A stretch of DNA of 64,000 nt. Origin: Eledone cirrhosa. Taxonomy: Eukaryota. Under the pieces are notes generated by a model. The model searched no databases and was not told the origin of the DNA. It worked only from the letters and a program-made list of their open reading frames with translations. Positions within the stretch are counted from its first letter, which is position 1. Each line of letters starts with the position of its first letter. Location of the stretch: the NCBI GenBank assembly GCA_964016885.1, contig OZ024743.1:362080001-362144000 (forward strand), in the 5' to 3' direction. The position numbers and the translations under genes are program-made. Positions 1 to 13,405 of this stretch are shown here, in pieces.

Positions 1-2233
1 AGTGTCCGACGACACCGTCAGGAGGCATCGGTTTGCCTCTCCACGTTCCGAGTTGCAGCCCGATGGATTTTTCCCGGTTCAGTTTCGCTCCTGACAACCT
101 TTCGTACTCCTCCAGTAAGGTACAGATCGCCTCGATCTCCGAGTCGGTTGATACCATTACTGTTACGTCATCGGCGTAGGCCGACACCGCTTTGCCCAAT
201 CCTGGTTCCAGGGGGATACCCTGCAACAACTCCAACTTCCTCAGTAAAGGCTCGAGAGTCAATACGTACAGAAGGGAGGAGAGAGGGCACCCCTGTCGAA
301 TGGATCGTGTGATTTCGAACGGCTTCGAAAGGTAGCCGTTCACCTTGATCCTAGAACAGATGTGGTTGCTATGTAGGGCAGTGATCCAGCCTCTGAAAAC
401 AGGACCGAACCCAGCCGCCGCTAGCACCGCATCCAGGTAACCATGGTCGACCCTATCGAAGGCCTTAGACTGATCCAAGTTGATCAGGGCCCCACCGAAG
501 CCGGGTTTGTTGCCAACCCTCTCTATGATGTATCGCATGAGGTGGAGGTTATCGTGAATGGACCTGGATGGGATAGCACATGTCTGCGCATCTCCCACCA
601 GGCCACCCACGACAAGCGCCAACCTCTTTGCTAACACCTTGGCCAAAATCTTTAACTCTGTGTTTAGCAGGGTTATGGGCCGAAAATTATTTATACTATC
701 CCCCTTGTTCTCGTCCTTCCTCACCAGCGTGACTACGCCCTTGGCTACAGAACAAGGAATTCTCCCGTTCTGCTGCCAATTGCAGTAGACCGCTTCGAGG
801 AGTTCGGAGAAGAAGACCGGCATTGCTAAATAAAGTTCGTAAGGTATACCATCGAGACCTGGAGATTTGCGTCTGCTGCATTGGCTCAGCGCATCTCCGA
901 TCTCATCAGCCGAGATTGGTCCCTCGCAGGACTCTGCCTCTTCGTTCGAGAGACGCGGCAGGCCGTCGAGGTATGGACCGAAATCCACGCCCCGGCCCGG
1001 ACCCTCGCCTCCCCCGAACAATCGGGCAAAGTGCTTTTGAAAGGCCTCGCACATCTGCTTAGGCTCCCGGATCACTCGTCCATCTTCGTCTTGCAACGAC
1101 CGGATGGTGGATCGATTTAAACTCTTAGCTTCTGTCACGCGGGCCCATCCAACGGCTTTGGCCCCCTCATTACCTAGAGCACGTATTTTACTTCGAATGA
1201 CACAGCCTTCGTGCTTTGCATCGAAAAACTGGTTCAAGGCCGTCCTCGATGCCAGCACTCTGGCCACATCTTCGCTCTTGATTGCCTCTTCTAATTTACC
1301 TGTTAATTCTTTCTCGTTTCTATTCCTATCGGCAGCTAACATCTTGCTATAACTTATTGATTCTGTTCTAATCTCTCTTTTGAGAGATGCCCACCATCGG
1401 TTGTTGACGATTGCACCCGTCAACCTCTCCTTAACTAATCTGCTAATCCGGTTTCTGTAAGTCTCTTTTGCCGGTAAAGACAAATTAAGTTTCCAGTAAC
1501 CGGGACCCTGTCTATGTGTTTTCTCGAGATTGACCACGCAGGTCACTAATTTGTGATCCGTGTAGCCAACCGTGCGCATTTCTGGACAGCTTAATATGTC
1601 CCTATCCTTACTTCTAACTAAGAATCTATCTAAGTACGATCTAGATTGACCACTGTGGTTTCTCCAAGTCCAGGTAGGCACAGTTGGAAAATCTAGTCGA
1701 TATCTATCGACTAAGTTAAAACGGTCGAGTAACCCCTTGAGGCTGTTACACCCCCCTCTATTAGGACATGCTCCTGCATAGTCCCAACGTGCATCCAGGA
1801 TGTCATTCCAATCCCCCGCTAGAAGCAGGGAACGCGATGTTCCCAGAAAAGTCTCCAAACGCTGGAAGAAGTCGGGCCGTTCAGCTCCGAAAGGGGAGTA
1901 GACGGCGACCAGTCTCAAGGCCGCACTTTCACTACTGCCAACGTCTAGCACCAACAAACGACCCTCCGGGTCCGAGTGCACAACCTGTACGGCAAGACCC
2001 AGGTGTTTTTGCAGCAGTACAACAACCCCACCCCCACCTCCAAGTTGACAGAGAGATGCATGCACCTCAAAGTCATCGAAGGTGGGGGCCAGCTGCCGCA
2101 CGACGCTGATTCGAGTCTCACAGATAACCATTACATTTATACTACATGACCTGAGGTCATTTAGAAGCTTTGCTTGCTTCCAAGTTGAGCCCAGGCCACG
2201 TGCATTCAAACATCCTACTCTTAACACATCCAT
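1..2233 (-). CDS. LINE ORF2, APE endonuclease plus reverse transcriptase (partial; missing from the ORF track because no stop lies in the window)
   Basis: Manual translation gives MDVLRVGCLNARGL, ICETRI, LAGDWNDILD, SYLDRF, YTDHK (APE) and KSPGLDG, FRPITLLN, LDQSKAFDRV, RQGCPLSPLLY, SAYADDV (RT). The frame is consistent over 744 codons. Confidence 0.93.
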   Translation of the reverse strand, partial: MDVLRVGCLNARGLGSTWKQAKLLNDLRSCSINVMVICETRISVVRQLAPTFDDFEVHASLCQLGGGGGVVVLLQKHLGLAVQVVHSDPEGRLLVLDVGSSESAALRLVAVYSPFGAERPDFFQRLETFLGTSRSLLLAGDWNDILDARWDYAGACPNRGGCNSLKGLLDRFNLVDRYRLDFPTVPTWTWRNHSGQSRSYLDRFLVRSKDRDILSCPEMRTVGYTDHKLVTCVVNLEKTHRQGPGYWKLNLSLPAKETYRNRISRLVKERLTGAIVNNRWWASLKREIRTESISYSKMLAADRNRNEKELTGKLEEAIKSEDVARVLASRTALNQFFDAKHEGCVIRSKIRALGNEGAKAVGWARVTEAKSLNRSTIRSLQDEDGRVIREPKQMCEAFQKHFARLFGGGEGPGRGVDFGPYLDGLPRLSNEEAESCEGPISADEIGDALSQCSRRKSPGLDGIPYELYLAMPVFFSELLEAVYCNWQQNGRIPCSVAKGVVTLVRKDENKGDSINNFRPITLLNTELKILAKVLAKRLALVVGGLVGDAQTCAIPSRSIHDNLHLMRYIIERVGNKPGFGGALINLDQSKAFDRVDHGYLDAVLAAAGFGPVFRGWITALHSNHICSRIKVNGYLSKPFEITRSIRQGCPLSSLLYVLTLEPLLRKLELLQGIPLEPGLGKAVSAYADDVTVMVSTDSEIEAICTLLEEYERLSGAKLNREKSIGLQLGTWRGKPMPPDGVVGH

Positions 2234-2266
2234 GTGGGCGGCAGAGCCAAAGGAGAGTGTAGAGAC

Positions 2267-4168
2267 CTACCTTTCCGCTTCCCGGGGTTCGGGTTGCACG
2301 ACTTCCATGGGGTCGGGGGTGTTGGGTGAAGGGGTGTCTTGTGGTGGTGTGGGGTCGTCAGTGTGTGGTGGGGTTGGGGTGTTTGGAGTTGTGTTGGGGA
2401 GGGGAAGGGGAGGGGGAAAGCTTTTTAGTAGGACGCGGTTTATGGGTTTGACAAAGGGTGGTCCTACGTCCTCCTTAAAATCCTTTTTTAGTTTTTGGTA
2501 GAGGTTCATTGGGATCTTTATTAGTTTTAAATGTGGGTGGTTTTCTGACGAAACAAAGTTTACACCTTCGGTTTGTACCGAAGGATTATTGTATATGAGT
2601 TCATTTAATTTATTATTGTTTCTGTTGATGTAAGTATAGTGTAATGTCTTTTTTTCCGATGGTGTGAGTGTTTCGAAGAGGGGAGGGGCAGGTTTGGTTT
2701 TGTTTGTTGCTGGAGGGGTGTTTTCTGTTTTGTTGGATTGTGTTGAGATTTGGGTGGGGGTTGTTTGTCCTTGTGTGTTTTGCACATGTTTTCTTTTTTT
2801 CCTTTTAATCTGTCTGAAGGACTCCGTTTCTTCCTCCGAATTCGTTGGGTTATCTTCAGTGTTGGAGGGAAGAGGTATGTTTGCTGGTAATGTTTCCGTG
2901 TTGGTTTTCTTTGTGGGGGAGATGGATGTCACTATGTTAGACTGTGTTGTGTGTTGTGTCTGCGGTGGTTGTGTTGTTTTATTGAGTGAGAGGTTGGGTG
3001 GGCCTGTATTTTGTTTTGGGGTAATGTGTTGTGACTGTTTGTGTTGTGGTGGTGTTGTGGTTTTACTGAGGGACGGGTTGGGTGGGACTGAGTTTTGTTG
3101 TTTGTTTATCTGTTGTGGTGGTGGTGGTGGAGCTGGTGTTGGTAGCAGGGTTTTCTTTTTGTTGAGTTGGGGACAAGCGGCCTTCAGGTGCCCTCTGCCT
3201 GCACAGATATGGCAGGACGGCCTTCTCCCCTCCACGCTAATGTTTATATACCCGTGGTCCTCTAATAGGATTCTGTCGGGTATTTGGGCGATGCGTTCAG
3301 GCTTCATTTGTACTACCAGCTCTATACCTGTTCCACTGAACGCATTGCCTGTGGTTTTCCCAATGGAAATCACGTTGTCATTCACTGGATCGATGAAGCC
3401 AGCTATGAGCCAGCAGTAGTCCACATCTGGCATCATTGCATCCAGCCATATGCGTTGAGTTCTTTTCCCCATATAAGATGGATAAAAGGTGAATTTTTTC
3501 GAACGAATCGGTGACAAAGCACATTTTTTTGCCGCCGATTCGTTCTTCATGATAATTGCTAGGCTTCCATACAGTCTGTCTTTTCTTATGAAAGTGGTTT
3601 CATTGAGTACTTCTGTGAGTACTGTTTTGATATCTGCTTGAGAAGGCTGTTCAGGTTTTTTTGTACTGTTGTTGATGGTCCGAAACTTGACCGTTCGGCT
3701 TTCAATGTCTTTCGTGAATTCTTGAGGCATTTTTACCGATAAAATACCATTCTCTCCTTCACTTATGTATTGTTTGGCGTCCGTGATCCTTCGTACCACA
3801 TCTGAAATGTTTTCCGCTATATAAGTCAAAGATTTCTTTGTTTTCTGTGCAAATGAAATCTTGTCGTCTGCTTTGTTTTCTGATATGGTGTTATTTTCAA
3901 CTGTTATTTTTGTGTTTGTTGTGTCTTTGTTTGTGTTATTAGTATTGTCATGCAATTTTTCAAATTTTTTTTTTTTGTTGTTGGAATCCAAGTCCAGATT
4001 TGTGTTTTGATCATTTAATTTTTTCTCCGCAGATTCGTCTGTTTTTATTTTAATTTTTCCTTCCTTCTCTATGACGTTAGTTGGGAAGGAAGGGAGGACT
4101 AAAGCGTGCGAGCTTACAACTCTTACCGCTGTCCCCCCACCACTATTTTCGTTCGCTGCGTTTAACAT
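2267..4168 (-). CDS. LINE ORF1, nucleic-acid-binding protein with a CCHC zinc knuckle and a Pro/Thr/Gln-rich tail
   Basis: 633-aa ORF containing VEGRRPSCHICAGRGHLKAACP (CX2CX4HX4C), directly upstream of ORF2. The same motif occurs in the copies near 46310 and 52020. Confidence 0.88.
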   Translation of the reverse strand: MLNAANENSGGGTAVRVVSSHALVLPSFPTNVIEKEGKIKIKTDESAEKKLNDQNTNLDLDSNNKKKKFEKLHDNTNNTNKDTTNTKITVENNTISENKADDKISFAQKTKKSLTYIAENISDVVRRITDAKQYISEGENGILSVKMPQEFTKDIESRTVKFRTINNSTKKPEQPSQADIKTVLTEVLNETTFIRKDRLYGSLAIIMKNESAAKKCALSPIRSKKFTFYPSYMGKRTQRIWLDAMMPDVDYCWLIAGFIDPVNDNVISIGKTTGNAFSGTGIELVVQMKPERIAQIPDRILLEDHGYINISVEGRRPSCHICAGRGHLKAACPQLNKKKTLLPTPAPPPPPQQINKQQNSVPPNPSLSKTTTPPQHKQSQHITPKQNTGPPNLSLNKTTQPPQTQHTTQSNIVTSISPTKKTNTETLPANIPLPSNTEDNPTNSEEETESFRQIKRKKRKHVQNTQGQTTPTQISTQSNKTENTPPATNKTKPAPPLFETLTPSEKKTLHYTYINRNNNKLNELIYNNPSVQTEGVNFVSSENHPHLKLIKIPMNLYQKLKKDFKEDVGPPFVKPINRVLLKSFPPPLPLPNTTPNTPTPPHTDDPTPPQDTPSPNTPDPMEVVQPEPREAER

Positions 4169-4384
4169 TTCTGTTAGACGATTGAAATTTTTTACACAAA
4201 ATTTTTTAAAACAGGTTTTTCACCTCTAGGAGGGGTAAAGATGAGCTGACCCACCGCCTGACAGTTCAGACGGAGGGTCAAGCTACACAATTGTATCAAA
4301 ATTAAGTTTGAACTCACAAAATTTCCTCAATAAATTTGAACAAAACTTCTGTGCGAAGTGAATGACATCCACACTGTAGAACGG

Positions 4385-4457
<73 letters not shown>
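4385..4457. repeat. (GATA)n microsatellite
   Basis: Tandem tetranucleotide run. Confidence 0.97.
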
Positions 4458-4458
<1 letters not shown>

Positions 4459-4705
4459 TGTGAGATTGTAATCTCTAAAGAAAGAGCCCTCAATCATAGA
4501 GGTATATATAATATATCGTATGAAATACATGGTAAACTGGAGTTTACCTTCTAATGGCTGGCGAAAGAAGTATAATTTGCTTCGAGAAACTCGGAGTACC
4601 TAGGAAGGTATACGCCATTTCGCCATATATTTCATACAATATAGGATAAATATATGTGTGTGTGCGTGAGTGTACGTGTGGGTGGGTATGTGTGTTTGTA
4701 TGCGC

Positions 4706-4749
<44 letters not shown>

Positions 4750-4826
4750 AGAATATTTTCGAAACAGCGAGTTGGTTTGAAAGTATTATAAATGTAAGCT
4801 ATCGCCGTATTTTGACTAAAGAAATT

Positions 4827-5123
<297 letters not shown>

Positions 5124-5524
5124 ATATATACATATACATATATACTCCACTCTAAAGTAACACTTTTTCTAGCAACTACGTTGAAGATATGAAGGAGCCA
5201 TTGGAGTTGTATTCAATGATGATAAATGCTTATTTGTTTACGTCTTAAATAGAAAACTCTGATATCATTCATCATATCGCAATGCTCTTCAGACGTTGCC
5301 TGGTAAGAAAACCATAAAAAATGTTTGTAATGGATGCATCTGATATCTATGTATTTCTTTTATCATCTCTCCTTCCATCTCTATCTCTATCTCTCTCTTT
5401 GTCTCTCTCTCAATATATATATATGTGTGTCTGTATATGCGTATGCGTATATATCTATATACATATACAAGTAAAGATTGATATACACACACATACATAT
5501 ATGTGTGTGTTTGCGTATGTATAA

Positions 5525-5564
<40 letters not shown>

Positions 5565-5784
5565 GTGCATCCACACATTCACATACACACATATATTTAG
5601 TGTGTCGTTTGCTATAATCTCTGGTCGGGCCTAGCCTTTGAAAGGAAATTGGATACACGGGGCTTCTGTAAAATTACATCAAGTGGATTGTATATATAAT
5701 TCCAAGCTACAGTCTTGCTTTTCCTGTCACATTTTGTAGTGTGTGACTCAAGAAGAGCGTTCACTGTTTCGTTTAGGCATGTCA

Positions 5785-5972
5785 AGGCATGTCAAACTGA
5801 GGGTCCCCCGAGGGTCACATATGTGTTGTCTAAGGGCCACGCACGACAACTAATTGCACACATTACAACTATTTTTTAATTTTATATTACGAAGATAAGA
5901 CATGCTCGCACTGTAAAAACCTTTGTGCGGGCCGCAGGTGTGCTTATAAAGAGCCGTATTTTAACATGCATG
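5785..5972. mobile_element. Probable hAT-type MITE remnant
   Basis: Imperfect termini aggcatgtcaaa / tttaacatgcatg and an internal gcgggccgca motif typical of hAT non-autonomous elements. Confidence 0.45.
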
Positions 5973-7902
5973 GTTTAGAGTACTTATTGTATGTATTGGC
6001 CTTCATGTTGGTGAAAAATATCACTGTGGAAATCTTCTAATTATCTGCTAACGAACAGATATTCTGAGGCCATTCTCTGCATTACGAAGACATACTGTAG
6101 TTAAATTTCAAGCGGCAGCTATTCTACCACTCACCAACTGATAAGTGACTGAGTCCTGTAATACTAGAAATGTCACTTGATTCAACGTTATTTCTTTCTT
6201 CGCACAACTTACAATCACATACCTCCATAACATGGCTGCTCGAAAATATTTGATAGAAACATCATAATCTCTCTTATGCTACTATTTCAAACTTCACACA
6301 AGATATCACTTCCTCGAACATTACCAGTTAAACTCTACCCAAGACAATTTTGATGATGTAAATGTTTCAATCCAAATGACTGCCCACTGAACATCCACTG
6401 CTGTGAAGGTAACATCACATAAAAATGTAATGCAAAATGTTTCCAACAGATTATACATATACCTGTGAATTCAAAACAAAATGTTACCAGCACCAAAGCA
6501 CATTTCGTAACCCAGTCCTGAGAAGCGCTAAAACACGATCAAGAAACCGTTGGACTCTACGAGAAAATTCTATCCTTCTAGCTGCAATAGAAACAATCCT
6601 ACACTTAGGGCTGCCATCCTTGCATCTTATGCTCAAAGTATCTTATTCGCCACTGAGCCACCATTGACAAAGGTCCGAACGCATTGTGATGTGCAGATAC
6701 ATGATCTACAAAACATATCTCAACTACAAATATATACATGACTCTAGAGGTTGCGTTACATTATAACTATTTTGCACACTCACACACTTCAATACCTCAA
6801 CCTATACTAACACATACGGGTCACACTATAAAATTGGCATATTAATTATCAAACACAACCCAGATATTTGCATGATACCAGAGTTAATTGTACACCATTA
6901 TGATTACATGCATATTCAACGACTCCTGTATTTAACTTCACAAAACCATAAACAAAAACATCGACTTCCTCGAAATGCTCACATTAACAAACATGCACAC
7001 TAGTTAGTACAACAAATAATATACAAATACACTATAACCTTCACATCTACAGAGATATTTGATGCATTCAATCCCTAACCAATAAGTCTCACACACAATC
7101 AATCTTAGAAACAAACTCAAACCACACACATTAACAATACTCTAAAAAAATAAATCCCTAAAACATACATGACAAAAACATAAACATGATATAACTGAAC
7201 ATATTAACATACACCTTCCAACATACACACCTATTTAGACAAGCCAAACTACCATGATACTCTATTACACACATACATACACATAGACAATTAATTAAAC
7301 AAACAAAAATGAAAAGATACACAATTATACAGCGTAGACTATAGCCTGTAATCTATATACCCATTCACTGCGCTCAAGATAACAAACTTACAAACAATTC
7401 TTCAGCCCACATACAAACAAAGGCGGAAAATACATAAAAACACAGGAAACTCGCATAACTAATCATACACCTAGATACACTCACAAACACACACACATAC
7501 ACACACACCTATATAATTCACTGAAAATAGAATACAAAGAATTAATCACACAATTTGAAGATGTAAAATTACATACACACATACTCGTTTATATTGATAC
7601 ATACAGAGAGACAGAGACAGTTATACCAGCACACTCTGCTCCTAGACGTCTATACTAACTATACTGCATACACATAGACATACAAGCAACTAAATATAGA
7701 AAAATACAAAATATATAGAAACACTAATACACACGCTACTCCATAACTACGGAAAGTCACATATATACCTCATAACCGCACGCCAATTAAATGATCCACT
7801 GACACACACAAACACACACATTCAACCAATCGTACAAATACACACTATCGAATGCAGAGCCAAAAACATACATAGATGCACACACACAAATACAAAATTT
7901 AT

Positions 7903-8046
<144 letters not shown>

Positions 8047-9566
8047 CCACACACACTGATATACAAGATGAGAAAACAAGTATAATCACATAAGGAAACT
8101 CTCCTCCAATCGCACACACGAACAAACAGCTTCAACTCTAACTCCTAAACACCAACTGACATGCAAACTAATCAAAACGTACTCCACTCTATTATATCAC
8201 CCACGATAGAGTGTGATATGAAGGGGTGGCGGATTCGCTGCAATATCTTGCTGGTCGAGGAGATTCTTAAGGGTTTCTTAAAGGATTCACTCCTTGAATC
8301 AACTACTATAGTGATTTAAGATGGTAGAAATGATACATAACGTTGGTATCAGATAGTAGGGATAGAGACAATATCCTAAAATGGACACAATATCAATCAT
8401 GGTCCTAACAGTTACGATGAATGGGAATAAATGGTGGAAATTTGTTCATGACGTTTTGTACATGATCTGCACTAAACGATAGATACGATTAAAATGAGAG
8501 ATAACAGTATTTCACTGATGAAAATTGAATTTTTGACGTTTCTTTATAGAAAATGAAATTGATTGAGATATATATTTTTAAGCCAAAGAATTTATAAAAA
8601 TTAATGGTGGAATGTTCCTATTTATTTCCCTATTCATATATCCGTATGCAAGAGAATTCCACTACACTATAAATTATGGATATACTCGTCATTGTCCAGT
8701 TAGTTTACTGAAAAAACCTAGCTAACTATCAATTATTGGATAGCATGTTTGTGCCTATTTACGAAATATGGCAGTTGGGTAGAATGTAATGCTATGACCT
8801 CAATGAAGAACAACATCATGTATGGGATACGAATTCAAATTCCGTCAATTGATACATTATTCACACAGCCAGTACAAAGTGGAAATTGCTTAATAAACAT
8901 ATTCTATTTATTCATGCATCCATGGATGTAATACAACGTTGGTGCTCAATAACAAAAGTAAAAGTGTTCACATTAAGAAGCTACAATAATCAGAATGCTA
9001 CATAAGTATTCTGTGTTCATCCTCGACTATGACACGCACAGGGAAACTGGCAAAAAAATCAGTTTTGTTTCCTTTCAATACAAAATACAATGGTTCTTTG
9101 GAGAAGATATTGAATATATGGAATATATTCTATAACTTCTAAAACATTTCCCCAGAAGTTTTCCTTTGGTCTCTTCATATGTTAAAAAGGAATAATATAG
9201 TACTTCTTTTGATCCTAAATTTGTCTTAAATGTTGTATGCACGTATAAATAATTCAATTACCATACATTAAAGATGTGCAATATCTGCAGTGGTGGGTAT
9301 TAGATTCACATGAGCTACGAATTTTTGTATAATGCTGGAATCGAGTTTCAGTTTAGCTTAATAAAATGGATGTTAGGAAAGCAATTTTCTAAAGCTTTTG
9401 AAAGCGTTCTAATTATACCAGGGCTTATCTAGTTTAAAGGAATCATGTATATACAATATGTTGTTAGATCTGACCCTAGCATACAAATATATTTTGCATA
9501 TTTAAATATACACAGACTCAGACGCATACACACACACGCACGCACAGAGATAGTATGTGCGCGAGT

Positions 9567-9640
<74 letters not shown>

Positions 9641-11455
9641 GGGTTTTATTCTGCTGACACGTCGTTTTATCACGACTTAATAAAAGTAACGCTCACCTTA
9701 TCAAACCTAGCTAGCTATACATACCAACTAGTTGAATTTCTGCACATTACTTACGCTGACGAACATATGGGGTTATTAATTAATTACTTGTCATATCTGT
9801 CTTTAGATTTAACAAACTATCTATTCCTCAAACCTTTTTCGTTTAATCTGTTCATATGTGAAACGTAACGAATGCACATTTTCATGATAGAACATTTGTC
9901 TCAAATCTATGCAAGATTAAATTGCATTGAAGATATGCAATATCTAGTGTGTTCCCATAAGTTTCACGGGAGATAAATATGTTGGGATTGATTATAAGTG
10001 TACCTTACTGAAACGGAAGATATCAGGGTAGTTTGCCTGCTTACTATACATAACCATTCTCATAATGTTAAATTAGCAACGGTTCGCTTGAATTTACGTT
10101 ATTGGAGTTCAGCAGACAACAAATACTACAATATGTGAAAGTCGTCAATCACCATTTCCAACAAAGTGACATTTAATTACCACTACAACGATTACCGTCG
10201 GCCATTACGCTTTCTATGGGGTTTCTGGCATCCTTAATTGCAGTGAAACATTCTGCTCCCTTGCAATGCTTTTAATAAATGTGCTCGTGTCTCCTACATG
10301 CGCAAATTTTTATTCAAGTTAACTCTGCAAATGAAACTCCTGACCTTAAAGTTTTTCCATACTTTAAACACACATAACACCTTCTTTTCTGAACTACACC
10401 TGTTTCACTACACCGCACACATAAACAAATCAACCGGATAACGTCCTTGAATGGTGTTCCCTCTATCATAACCAAACTATGTACTCCAGTGCTGCCGCCT
10501 AATCACAATAAACTCACCAATATTTCTTTCACAAAGCAATGTATGTTAATCTATATAAATGCCTTTTGTATCCAATACTAGAATATCATCAACCATTCTG
10601 GTTGTGTTAACCTCTGCCGTATAGCTCTCATGTTCAATAAATCATAGCTGATGAGCCAACGGGAATGTCTCTTCTCGGTCAGTCAATTTGCTGAAAATAG
10701 CAAATAAATCTCCTACTGTATTAAAAATGAAACATCACAGTGGATAACGTCGTACTAATACATAGTGTGCTATGCCAAAAGCAAACAGGGAATAACTTTG
10801 GTTGGAACAAGTTATGTTTTTTTTTATAACAGAGTTAACATAAGAATAACAAATGCATCGGGAGCAATCTTCTTTATCATTGATTTTAGAGTTGCTAAAC
10901 TAAAATAGTCCAATTGCATCGACCTTACACGTATAGGAGATGAAATTATTGAGTGGCCCTGTTAGGATTTGATCTTTACGAAGGAGCTTTGTCCATGGAA
11001 GTCGATGAGCCTTCGAAAGTGCTGAGATTGATGCAGTTAATTTTCTTCTTAAGCAATATCTGTTTTGGAAATAACATGACTATGAGAGGCAACGTTCTGG
11101 TGAAAAACTTTCTGACTAGCACTGTACTGATTCCCACCCGTCTACATCTTGATTCTATTCATAATAATCTATGGTGTAGTCAATGAGATGTATGAGGTTA
11201 GAGACAGTATGATTTCTTAACAAAGTGAAGTGATTTGAGATCAGCCAGCTCGGGAAAATGGAGGCCAATGTAGTTGAAGGAAACGCAAAAGAGAGAGAAA
11301 GAGGGAGAGAGACATGGATGTAGTCTATGATCTCCCTCTCTCCCTCCTCTCTCTCTCTCACTCTCTCTCTCCCACTCTTTCTCTCTCTCACTCCCTCTCT
11401 CTATTCGCTCTTTCTTTCTCTCTCTCTCTCTCTCTCTCTCACTCTCTCCCCCTCT

Positions 11456-11492
<37 letters not shown>

Positions 11493-11497
11493 CCCCC

Positions 11498-11589
<92 letters not shown>

Positions 11590-13051
11590 CTCTATATCTC
11601 TCTTTTTTTTCTTTCTTTGTGTGTGTGTGTGAGAAAACGTGTATATTTGTAACACAGCATCACTATAAATGGAGAATCAGTATGCCATTGGGAATCTCCA
11701 ACGCTTTGTAAACAGTCATTAGTACTTGAGAGTTCTAAATTCGAAGAAGGACAGTTTGTGAGATCACTATTATGATTAGACAGAGAGAGAACAATATTTT
11801 GTTATATATATGCCTACTGATTGTGTATTTATGATCTTAAATGAGAAAAAGTATCACACTAGTGGAGATCTCCGTTCAGGTAGTCAGTATAGGCAGTATG
11901 AGGTGTGTATGTGCTACGTGGATACAATCTGCACATGTGTGAATTATGCTGGAAATGACGCCAAATAGATCGATGGTGTATAGAATGAAGATCGTGAAAG
12001 CAAAAACCTAACAATGGTCCGCACCAGATTTTATAGCTTTTTAGCTGAAGATAGGGGAGAGTTTCATAAGCATGAGAACATGTCTTAAATGCAAAGAAAG
12101 AGAGATAAATAGAGTCCATAGTGAGCTTTTTACTAGAAATATGCGTATCAGATGCCTCGGAAACTTCAATGAAGTCAGTATTCAAAACACTAAATTTCTC
12201 GAGGGTATGAGTTCACTGATGTGTGATATATGATAGTAGGTTTACAGTAGATCTAGCTTTACTGAAAACAAAATTACTTAGCAAGAAGGTGTGGATTTAA
12301 TCTAAAACTTTTCGTGAGTACGAAAGGAATAATAATTTGTTAATATACGTTTACGTTTTCATAGCAAAGTATTACTATATTAAATTTATCTCACGTTTTG
12401 TCTTTCTGACTGGCACTGTATTGATCCCGCCCGTCTACATCTTGATTCTATTCATAATAATCTATGGTGTAGTCAATTCAATAGTGAAATGTATTATTTT
12501 CACAGACTATATAATACGTCAAATGTGTCAACTAATACATAAAAACAGACACAAGAAAGTCATGCTTAATTAAGTCAATAATTATTTTAATATTTTCATT
12601 TCATTGCAAATTTGTTTTATTACGACCTCCATAAACAAAAGGCGAATTTGGCGCAATGAACCTTTCAATAGAAGTCAAATTTTATTTATCAACGCCAATG
12701 GTTTTTTATCACTTTAACCTGATCATATAATACCATACCTAACAGAATTTGAATGAATATTAACTATCTTTGGATAAACAACGACCGAAGCTTGTCGCAT
12801 TTCTTTCGATGCTACGTTCTTTCGTAGTTTCATTTATTAATTTTCTTTTCTTTCTTTCGCATAGCATTTATGGATTGTTTTTTTCCTTCCAATGTTTCCA
12901 TGCATCTCTATCTATCTGTTTATCACTAGCATATTCGCAATTTTCTTTTCTATTTTTCTTCTTGATATCACCAGGACGCAATCACCATTTCCTTGCTTAT
13001 ATCTCTTACTCATTCATTTTCTCTGTCTATTCCCTATTTCTATTTCTGTGG

Positions 13052-13143
<92 letters not shown>

Positions 13144-13148
<5 letters not shown>

Positions 13149-13260
13149 AACCAGTAAGACCCCGACAGCTGAGCTCAAGCCGTTTCGACGGCTAATTCTG
13201 GTCCAGAATTAGCCGTCGAAACGGCTTGAGCTCAGCTGTCGGGGTCTTACTGGTTCCTAT
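13144..13260. repeat. Perfect ~117-bp palindrome in an island between two (TA)n tracts
   Basis: ataggaaccagtaagacc...ctaattctgg, a single t, then ccagaattag...ttactggttcctat. Confidence 0.95.
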
Positions 13261-13336
13261 TACCCACTCTACTACCTCAAGTATTGAGTACTTTGGTGCG
13301 TTATGGTCCACCTGGTTCCTTACCACATTTCCTTCG

Positions 13337-13405
<69 letters not shown>

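Larger units (their letters stand above)
1..4384 (-). mobile_element. Tx1/L1-clade non-LTR retrotransposon, copy A (apparently intact, continues past the left window edge)
   Basis: 5' UTR, then ORF1 (4168-2267), then ORF2 (2233 to <1) with APE endonuclease and RT. The 5' end abuts a (GATA)n tract. Confidence 0.92.

Noticed and set aside
443-3514. Plus-strand ORFs over Tx1 copy A, e.g. 2664-3419
   Set aside because: Antisense shadows of the LINE ORFs with no recognisable domain.
6000-7900. A/C-skewed region with a Cys/His cluster near 6380-6440
   Set aside because: Possibly an ancient LINE, but no motif could be read with confidence.
10640-10860. CTGATGA at ~10648
   Set aside because: No matching GAAA or stems. 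It is probably an old SINE remnant.
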